From Octopus sinensis (lineage: Eukaryota): a DNA stretch of 64,000 nucleotides. The notes below the pieces were generated by a model. It searched no databases. It was not told the DNA's origin and saw only the letters and a program-made list of their open reading frames with translations. Below, one piece after another: positions 54,241 through 64,000 of this stretch (position 1 is its first letter; the number at the start of each line of letters is the position of its first letter). The DNA is taken from positions 21,886,001 through 21,950,000 of the forward strand of contig NC_043014.1 of the NCBI RefSeq assembly GCF_006345805.1. Direction: 5' to 3'. The position numbers and the translations under genes are program-made.

Positions 54241-55459
54241 ACAACTACTACTGCACTGGGATTGTGATGCGATATACTACGATATAAGAAAGTACACTAC
54301 GCTATATTATAAAGTGTTCACTATGCCACAACAAATCAAGCGAGGGAGCTTCAACGTGGTCTCTCGACATCCTATAAATAATAACCAGAAACCCCGTCAA
54401 ATCAACCTTGCCGTCGCGAAAAATGACATGCGGTATAATGTGAGTTTGGGGCTCCCTGAGCATAAGAAAAAGGCGGGAATAGGTTTTATCATGAGCCTGC
54501 TAAAATCAGGATTGACTTGCTGCATAACTATAGCAACAATAACGCCAACAATTACGCGAGCACGAACCAACGAGAGAACGTCTATTTAGCCGTTAGACAT
54601 TTAAAAATAGTAGTCAAACTTTCCCTCAAATACGATCGATCCCACTTCATTGGGAAAGAATTTGACACATTTGATGTGACGTAATGGAATGACGTAATGT
54701 TCACGATTGGAAAACTTTTGTCCATAGGCCTGATTCCTTTCGGCTGGCTACACTCTACTGTTACACTCGTATTTCAATACCTTACGTCCTTTTCCAATGC
54801 GTGCCACACTGAATAAGGCACTAATAGTGCTATGGCACACTCAGCTTTTTAACAGTTTTATTGTATCTTTTTTAGTCATTTAGTCTCTGGCCATGCTGGG
54901 GCACCGCTTTTAAGAACTTTTAGTCGCATGAATGAACCCCAGTACTTATTTCTTTAAAGCCTTGTACTTATTCTATCAGTCTCTTTTTGCTACACACACG
55001 ACATGCTTCTATCAGTTTCTGTCGACGAAATCCTCTCACAAGACACTTGCCCAAGGTGTTGCGCAGTGAGACTGAACCTGAAACCATGTGGCTGGGAAGC
55101 AAACTTCTTACCACATAGTCACGTTCCCCACCAAAGGAAAACGATTATTAGAATTCTTTTAAAACAAATAGGTTCATGCGTTGCCCTTTACCACCAAGAA
55201 CTATTCAGGCACTGTTGTTATGCACTAAAAACACACGATTTTTCTATCTTGGCGTTTTAATCTGGCCTCAACAACTTGTGATACCAGATCGGGCCATACA
55301 GAGATTGAAGACCTCTGTACTAGGTCATTTCTCAGTACTATATTCTACTATATAGGATAACGAATTGATTGTTAGTTATAAAGGCTCCTTCTGATTAAGT
55401 CATTCGGAGTGGTGTATCGGAGAAATGAATCCGTACTACTGATTTCTTCCGTAAAATAG

Positions 55460-55573
55460 GGTCAATGGCCGCCCGTCGGAGAAATGAGCTCCGCGAGGTA
55501 GAGTGGCTGCTGGCTATTCTTCGCAGCAATGCCATCACGGTCATTACTGTGGCCGAGCACACCATTTTCTGGG
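55460..55573 (+). other. Candidate coding exon of an unidentified gene
   Basis: GC/CpG-rich; acceptor ttcttccgtaaaatAG; donors GG|GTATGT and AT|GTAAGT; open frame GSMAARRRNELREVEWLLAILRSNAITVITVAEHTIFW. Confidence 0.4.
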
Positions 55574-58079
55574 GTATGTAAGTACCCTCAAAATTGCTGG
55601 CCTTGTACCAAAATTTGAAATCAATACATTTCGTGATGGTGGTGGTGGTAGTAGAGAGGGATATCACTACATTAAGTAAGTTTAACTCAAAGTATATATA
55701 TATACAAAAATACGCAACACTTTCAGAACATTCCTACAATTTGTAATTTCCCAGATACAGTACCACAAGAACCTGTCTTTTCATGTACCTTTTTTTCAAT
55801 ACATAATTAAATGGTCTTTCATATCTGCTCAAAACATACATTTGAACTCATACTGAGATAACATCACATTTGCAAGCTACTACTATTCTCCAGACATAGA
55901 TGCAAATAACAACAGCCCTACATAAATCCCCTAGAAACATAACTAAGAAAAAAACAAGAAAAAATTGCCCCAACCAAAACATACTGTTCCTTTTCTTTTT
56001 CTTTTTGAACCCCAGAGAACATCAAACAGAAACCAACCATCACTACCAACAGCAGCACAAACACAGAAGACAGAACTAGGAAGGATCTACAGCTCAGTTA
56101 CAGTGCATCTCATATGATTCATTACAGCACGTCGGAAGTGTGCTGCATATTAAACAGCTGGATGGTAGCATGCTATAGCCGAAACAACATGCCTGTAGTG
56201 GTTTGTCGGATATGTGCCATAGGACTGCTTCATTGCAGCTAATCAGTGGCTGCATAAAATCACCGAGGTCGACTTTGCCTTTCATCTTTTCGGGGTCGAT
56301 TAAATAAATACCAGTTAATCACTGGGGTCGATGTAATCGACTTAAACCCCTTGTCTGTCCTTGTTTGTCCCCTCTATGTTTAGCCCCTTGTGGGCAATAA
56401 AGAAATAAATACTGGGCAAAATGCTTCTCGCAATTTCGTCCATTTTCATGTTTTGGGTCCAAATTCCGCAGAGGTCCACCTTGCCTGTCATCCCTTCGAG
56501 GTCGTAAAAATACTTACCAGTTGAATACTAGAATCGACGTAATCGACTTACCATCTCCCCGGAAATTGCTGTACATATGCCAAAATTTGGAATCAGTATT
56601 TCTAATTCTTTCCACAATGATCCTTGATGCTGCTATTTCGTACAACGAAAGCGTGTCTATATGGACGAAGGCATGGAATAGTACTGAATACGGTTGTTCA
56701 CACAAATGACAGACTACAATCTTTTAACGCTCGCTTCTACTCTTTAATACATCTATTGACTGTATGTTGGTATAAAACTGGTTTGTTTCTGTTTCTGTCG
56801 TTTATCTTTTAGCTAATGTCAATCAAGCAGACCTGAGCAAAAACGCGCTTCAGCCTGATCATCCAGTCTTTTATGCTTTTTTCCCCCTCCCAGTCACAAT
56901 CTAATATGTCCTTTTAAAAAAAGACTACAAAGAGGGGGAAAATTTGAATGCTATTTGTAACAGATCGACTATAAGGTGATATGGCTCAGTGGTTAGAACA
57001 TCGGGCTCACAATCATGAGGTAGTGAGTTCGATTCCCCGGCTGGGTTGAGTGTTGTGTTCTTGAGTAAGACACTTTATTTTACGTTGCTCTAGTTCACTC
57101 ATCTGTAGAAATGACTGACAACGTCTTTGCTGCCGATCTCTTTCGGCTTTTGCCTTTCCCTTGGATAACAGTGGCACGGAGAGGAGAGACTGTTATACAT
57201 AGGCGATTGCTGGTCTTCCACAACCAACCTTGCCCGGACTTGTACCGCGGAGGGTAACTTTCTTAGTGCAATCCCATGGTCATTCATGACCGAATGTGGT
57301 CTTTACTCTTTTACGATAACTCATTCCAGTACAGTTGTGGGATACTGTATTGTGCAAAACAATGACAATACTGTATAGAGTTACATTGTAGTGGCACAAA
57401 ACACTTGTAGGGTGCTCTGCTGTGGTACTATACAATGATACATCAGAGTGATATGGCAGTGCAGTACAGTTGTCGTATTCTGTAGTGTAGTGTAATGCAA
57501 TGGTACAATATAGTACAGTGGGACATTGTAGTGGTACAGTGTTAGTGGTTGTTGTTGATGTTGATACTGTTGTTAAGTCCATGTCGGACCTGATCGAACA
57601 GACACATAGCCAAATGCGTTCCAGCCATGACCATCCTGTCATTTTGTGTATCTAAGACATTTGTGTCCAACGTGTCTTTTATTTTTAAGACTACAAGGTG
57701 CTTTTGAGAGAAATACAGGGAATGTTGCGACTGCTGCCACTGTTGTTTAACTCTAGGTTAGCCCTACGACAAAAAGAATTCTAATCAGGGCATCACGACT
57801 TTATAAAAATTTCAGGCTAAGTATACTCTTGATTACGTTATTCAAAGTGTCATTAAGGCGGCGAGCTGGCAGAATCATTAGCCTGCCGGGCAAAATGCTT
57901 AGCAGCATTTCGTCCGTCTTTAAGCTCTGAGTTCAAATTCCGCCGAGGTCAACTTTGCCTTTCATCTTCCCGGAGTCGATAAAATAAATGCCAATTGGAC
58001 ACAGGGGTCTATGTAATCGACTTACCGCCTTCCCCGAGATTACTGGTCTTTTGCTAAAATTTGAAACAATTATTTCAGG

Positions 58080-58262
58080 CCGTGGTACTCAACCGGAGTT
58101 CAATATCACCCTTGGGGTCCATATAAGATTTAGCTGTTAAAATTTATCTGCAATAAATTGGTTATACTTCTACAACACACAAAATATCTTAACAGCTTTT
58201 TAAACAATTTCTAATAAATAATCAAAGGAGTCCATAGGTAAAAAAATGGTTGAGAACCACTG
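58080..58262. mobile_element. hAT-type MITE
   Basis: TIRs ccgtggtactcaacc and ggttgagaaccactg; degenerate 8-bp TSD atttcagg/atttaaag. Confidence 0.7.
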
Positions 58263-58795
58263 ATTTAAAGTGTCCTTTGCATTTCAAGATATAAGAGTGT
58301 GATTTGAATGAAAATTAACCTCTATTTCTAGCTGGCCACACGACCACATACAGGCTCGCTGTTGGTTCATTTTATGCATAGTTGTTTAGTCCAAGATCAT
58401 ACTTCATTCAACAGACTTACGGTCAAAGTAGTTTCAGTTGTGATTATCTTGTTTTTGTTTCAGGTACAATGCATAATGTATTCGTAACTACATTATTCTA
58501 GGTTCTGTCTCCTACATTCAGTATGTGATTTAAGGGAGATTTGGCTGCTATTTCAAGCACAGCTCGCTATACACTATATTCTAAACACTACACTCTGTGA
58601 CCTCTATGCACTGCATTCTGTACACAACATATTGTATTCTTTGCACCACACTGTACAATGTGCATAATATACACTACCACTCAGTTACCACTCTTTCTTT
58701 ATATCGCTCTTCTACTAAAACTCACTTTCTCTCTTTCTCATAAGTACTACTACTACTACTACTACTACTAATACTACTACTACTACTACTACCAA

Positions 58796-58855
<60 letters not shown>

Positions 58856-58878
58856 CGTTTTGCTGGCACACCTTAGAC

Positions 58879-59375
58879 CAGGGGTGGGGAAACGCCCGCG
58901 GGCGCAACTGCGCTCGCGAGCTTATTTTATTACGTCCGCAGGCTGCTATACTCGTTTGTATAAAATATAGTAAATTTTTCAATTATAAAATTTATACAAT
59001 AGCCGTATGCTTATTTGCGACATAGATCCGTGTTTCCACTACGACTTAAAACAGTTAGACTCGAACAGAAAATCGTCCGGTAATTGCCATTTGAATGGAA
59101 ATTTTATTTTCACTATAAAACACATATTGCTAAGTTTGTACCACCCCCTTGAGACCCAACTACACTCTAGCTGAAAAATTTAGAATACTTCATAAGTAAT
59201 ATAAACGCCTTGAATTCATTGGCAGCGTTAATGAAGATATTACGCGTTAATTTTATGTTTTAATTAATGTATATAGAATTATACATAGATATAAGAGTTA
59301 GAACTTGTGATCCGTCCTCGGACCTTTTTGTTTGGAAATTTTTGCCCGCCTCACTAAAAAGTTTCCCCACACCTG
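58879..59375. mobile_element. hAT (Buster/Charlie-type) MITE
   Basis: TIRs caggggtggggaaac and gtttccccacacctg; 8-bp TSD ccttagac/ccctagac with central TA. Confidence 0.88.
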
Positions 59376-59478
59376 CCCTAGACAAATTAACCATGAAGTC
59401 AGATTTGTCCATCATGAGATCACTTCCGAGAACGTATGATCGGTCTGCCTCGTATAATATATCAAAACTTTTAAAATG

Positions 59479-59550
<72 letters not shown>

Positions 59551-59859
59551 TATATATTATATCGTTTATCTTTTAAATATCAAATATCTCTTATCTTTTA
59601 CTTGATCCAGTTATTGAACTTTGGCTGGGGCATCATCTTGAAACAAATTGACCCCGATAATTATTTTTTAAGTTTGGTACTTATTCTAACGATTCCTTGT
59701 GCTGAATTGCTAAGTTACAGAACCTAAACAAACCATCACCGGTTTCAAGCGATGCACAGTGTGTGTCAGTGTTTTGAGTTCATTTGTATGAATTTAGAAT
59801 AAGGCGCATAGCTCATCAAAGAAAAACTGTGTTTGAAAACAATTAGTACAAATAATCTT

Positions 59860-60830
59860 GAGAATCCTTTTATCACACCTATTCAATAAATCCAGCAATA
59901 GTATCAATAGCTACTGAGGTCCGAAGCGTTGACGTGCCCGAATCGGATGATCATTATCAATTTTGGACTTAAGTCTGGTTATGGTAGACTTGAGAGATTC
60001 TGTGATGTTATAGGGGTTGATTAACCTCTCTCTCGACTAGGCCCCATACGTAATAGTCCAGTGGATTGAGGTCTGTTGAGCTAGTAAGCAATGCATCTGG
60101 GAGAACATGATCATGGAGACTGACATGCATCTACGCCTTATGAGAGAGCACAAAGTCTTGGAAGACGTACGGTCTTCCGTTGCGTATTGTCTATCCAGGG
60201 ATTCACAGCTTTCTACATCACCACTGTGTAGACAGCGCCTCTGACTCTTAAGCTCTGTGAAAAAAGTGAGGAGGCATGACAAATCCCTCGTTGCTGACGA
60301 CTCCCAGAGCCATCACACTTAGTATGCATGCCCTTGGAACCTAATTCGGGTTTCTGCATAACCATCTATTATTCCTTCTGTTCACCTTTTGGTCCTGATC
60401 GAAGCTTTTCTCATCGGAGAAAAAATTGAAGTACTCCAGCCCCTTGGTGTCTTAACTTGTTTAGCAAGCACTTTGTACGGATCGAACGATTCTCTCTTGT
60501 CATATCCGGCATACACAGTCTCCTCCGTATCACATACGACTTGTATCGAATCTCCCCATGATGGTGCATTCTGAAACCTTGAGATCCTTTGTGATGATTC
60601 TGATTGGTTCTTTTGGGTTTTCGTCTGTTATTTGTTGGACTTTTGGTACAAAATTATATATTCTGATTATATTAGGACCTTATGCAAGCGTTTTGCGTTT
60701 AGCTGCTGTCAGCAGCTTCCAACTTCTTTCCAACTTTGACAACGAAGGATCGAGCGAGGTATCTGCTTCTCTATACACATTAGCGAATCGCCAAATCATC
60801 CATTAATTTGGATGACAAAAATATATATAC
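59860..60830 (-). pseudogene. Decayed Tc1/mariner-superfamily transposase (maT/DD37D-like)
   Basis: Minus-strand frames give FFSDEKSFDQDQKVNRRNNRW...GVVSNEGFVMPPHFF and DLNPLDYYVWGLVEREVN, with stops and frameshifts; TIRs not identified. Confidence 0.8.
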
Positions 60831-60870
60831 TGATAGAGAAGCTAGTCCGGAGGGAGCCGAGATCGAGTGG

Positions 60871-60925
60871 GCTTAACTGATGAGGCAAAGAAAATTGCCG
60901 AAACTTCTCGGACGAATCAGGTCCC
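60871..60925 (+). ncRNA. Hammerhead-ribozyme-like motif with an intact catalytic core
   Basis: CTGATGA (60877-83), stem II ggcaa/ttgcc with a 6-nt loop, GAAAC (60900-04); stems I and III are ambiguous. Confidence 0.55.
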
Positions 60926-61377
60926 TGTTAGTGTATGTCTTCATTCATGTGCGTTAACTACAGCATTAGAACATTTTAGCTCTTATTTCTAACAATGTAG
61001 GTGTTTCTTAACACGCTAGTCACATTTAGTGACAATTATAAATCTCCTTTTCGGTGAAATATTGCAACCTACTGTTTATATTAATTATGTGTGTGTGTGT
61101 GGCTTTGTGTTTGTGTTGTCCCCACCATCACTTAACTGATGCTGCAGTGTTTACGTCCTCGTAATTTACCGGTTCGGGAAAAGATACTGATAGAATAAGT
61201 ACCAGGCTAAACAAAATAAGTACCGAGGTCGATACATTCGAGGAAAAATTCTTCAAGTGTACCCCAGCTTGGCCGCACTCTGATGACTGAAGCAAGTAAA
61301 AGATAAAAGATATGTGTGTATGCGTGTGTGTGTGTGTGCTCACGCGCCTGTGTGTGGATGACTACACAAAGGGGTTA

Positions 61378-61440
61378 AGGTTCACTACAGCTGTTTCATT
61401 CTTCAATAAAAAACACGTCTGAAACAGCTGTAGTGAACCT
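61378..61440. mobile_element. 63-bp miniature of the 34080-34303 MITE
   Basis: Perfect 21-bp TIRs aggttcactacagctgtttca and tgaaacagctgtagtgaacct. Confidence 0.8.
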
Positions 61441-62307
61441 CAACCCATTTATTTTATTATTTATACTACTCCACATCCGGAACCTTCTCTCGTTGGATCT
61501 TGAGCCTATAGTGGTCCTTGGACTGCATGCTGGAGTATACTCTTGTGTGATTTTAGGTATACGTTGAGTGTATTTGGTCTGTACATGAAGATGTATGAAT
61601 AACTTGAAAAATAAATCCGAATATACTCGAGTAAATATGCCAGTGTCTGTACATACTGAGGATAACGGTATGCTCTCCTTGACTCTATCTTGGTGTCCTT
61701 ATTATTAAAATACATCGATTCTATTGGATCCTGCAAATAAGTATGTATGTAAATAAGCTGACTGCAAAAAAGAAAAATAAATACGATAAAATGTTTATTA
61801 CTTCTGCCAAATGCACCTGTTCATGCATATTTTATGGTGTTTCTCCTGGTCAAAGGGTTGCCACCCAGAGGACGTGATGTTCAGGGCAGATTGACGATTC
61901 TTCAAATCTTCCTGTGGACGACAATAGGAGGTCCTGTATGTGGTTCTAAAGTTATCCAACCGGCTCTGAAAGTCGTTTACTGGTTTATGACCAGGGTAGG
62001 CAGTTGTATAGTGACCTGAGTGAAACAATAATGAATGATAAATAAGACTGAGTTATTGTTCAATGTATATGTTTGCATTGCCATCTCTAGGCATAACTGC
62101 CTAGCAGTTGAATATTCTCGCTGTTAGTTTATTTCGCTAGCTACTCACCCACCCGCCTACTCATCCATCCATCCATCCATCCATCCATTTGCTTGTTTGT
62201 CCATCTGTTTGTCTATCCGTCTATGTGTTTATCTATCTGCCTGCCTGCCTGCCTAGTTGTCCCTGTGTCCGTCAGTCAGTTCGTTCGCCTGTCCGTCCGT
62301 CCGTTCC

Positions 62308-62436
<129 letters not shown>

Positions 62437-62769
62437 TGTTCTCCAGTGGCGTTTTAGATTAGCATGGAAATGGAATACATTGTTTTTTTTTTATGCAAAA
62501 GAAGAAAGAGTTAGCTAATATTTCGATCGTACGTTGAGCTATCTTCAGAGCAGTGTAGTAAAAATGGAGTAAATATTAGCGGACGTATCAATTAAAATGT
62601 TGCTAAAAGAAAACAAATGAATGTTTGATATGAACGAAAAATGGGTGGTCAAATGACTGGATGATTTCAGACTGTTTTAGGAGAAGCAGTTATAACTGCC
62701 TTAGATTATTGTAGTTTTAGTATATCATCACCATTACGTCTAATAAGCTAGCCTAACAACTTTTGTTAT

Positions 62770-63494
62770 TCCAGATTAGATGAGACAGCTGTAACAGCAC
62801 TTTGAACACACCCTACTAAACATTGCTCGTCACAATGAGCAGAACGCAGTCGGGAGAAGACAGTTTGGAAGCTCGCTGTGCAATTAAGTTTTGTTTTAAA
62901 CTTGGTAAAAACGCTACGAGAACTTATGAAATACTCCATACTACTTATGGATTAACTTGTATGAGCCTGTTTTCGCTGGCACAAACAACCAGACAAAGCA
63001 TGTCCGCCATAAATCTAATGATGACCCCCTTTTTCGACAGTAAGGGCATCACCTACATCTACTGGTTCCTTCTGGCCAGACGGTCAACAAAGAATACTTT
63101 GTGGATGTTTTGAGGGAGTTCAGGAAGAGATTTCATCGCAAAAGACCAGAGCACCTGCACAATTCACCAGTCTATAATTCCATTCTTGTATCCAACTATT
63201 TAACAGAGATGGGTATCAAAACTGTGCATCACCCTCTCTACAGTCGTCCAGGCCTTACTCCCCATGACTTTTGGTTGTTCCCCAAACTGAAGAAGACGAA
63301 AGAGGCTGTTACAAGAGTTCTGGACACCTTCACTTTGGAGGACTTCTCGAGGTGAGGGTGACTTCACGAAGTGGCTGGAGGTGCTATAACAAGTGCATTG
63401 AAATCAGAGGATCCTAGTTTGAAGGAGATTAGAGCTTTGTACCACTTTGAAATGTCTCTCATGAAAATGTCTGGAAACTTTTGGAATGCACTTT
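62770..63494 (+). mobile_element. Deleted mariner (DD34D-type) transposon remnant
   Basis: EARCAIKFCFKLGKNAT (HTH), FFDSKGI, GQTVNKEYF, PGLTPHDFWLFPKLK; right TIR-like ctggaaacttttggaatgcac. Confidence 0.85.
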
Positions 63495-63740
63495 GAAATT
63501 ATGACGGGCAGGAGTTTGAGGAGAGGTGGTTGTGATATCGTTGATGGCGTGAGAAGTAAAAGTTATGACGAAGCTACTGATGTTTCTTAGTCTCCTATTC
63601 GTAACTTGTTTTGGTTCTTATTTGTTGATATTTTACCATATATTTAATTAATGAGCGTGGTGGGATGACACAATCAGTATAATTATTAGGTACAATGCTC
63701 TGCACTATTAAGTTACTTCCCTTAATGTTTTGAGCTCTTT

Positions 63741-63966
63741 AAGGTGGCCAATCTTTGACACGCCTGGCAAAATGTTTAGCGGTATTTCGTCTGCCGCTAC
63801 GTTTGGAGTTCAAATTCCGCCGAGGTCGACTTTGCCTTTCATCCTTTCGGGGTCGATTAAATAAGTTCCAGTTACGCACTGGGGTCGATATAATCGACTT
63901 AATCCGTTTGTCTGTCCTTGTTTGTCTTCTCTATGTTTAACCCCTTGTGGGTAGTAAAGAAATAGG
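63741..63966 (+). mobile_element. SINE family A copy
   Basis: High similarity to 4452-4679. Confidence 0.75.
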
Positions 63967-64000
63967 TATTTCACCCGTCTTTACGTTCTGGGTTCAAATT

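Overview
Eukaryotic, AT-rich, repeat-dense animal DNA. The SINE/LINE/Penelope/MITE landscape and TA/CA/TCTA microsatellites look like a coleoid cephalopod, most likely Octopus; this is recollection, not a database match. One clear protein-coding gene is present: an hnRNP A/B-family gene on + (coding exons 11843-12046 and 20794-21588, about 332 aa, two RRMs plus a Gly-rich tail with an M9/PY-NLS-like motif). There is one intact tRNA-Val(CAC) on -. The rest is mobile DNA: two RTE-clade LINEs, a Penelope-like element (RT plus GIY-YIG) with an inverted terminal repeat, three Tc1/mariner relics, hAT, TTAA-type and Helitron-like non-autonomous elements, two foldback elements and several SINE families. 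The most interesting signals are: (1) a perfect 5' splice site directly after the hnRNP stop codon, followed by a recursive-splice-site-like AG|GTAAG and a candidate 118-nt 3'UTR exon, suggesting an autoregulatory splicing/NMD switch; (2) two candidate poison exons in intron 1; (3) several hammerhead-ribozyme-like cores; (4) a SINE whose anticodon-equivalent region is replaced by a folded-back tRNA-Val fragment; (5) two orphan + strand exon candidates. No CRISPR or rRNA was found. All structure calls were made by eye.
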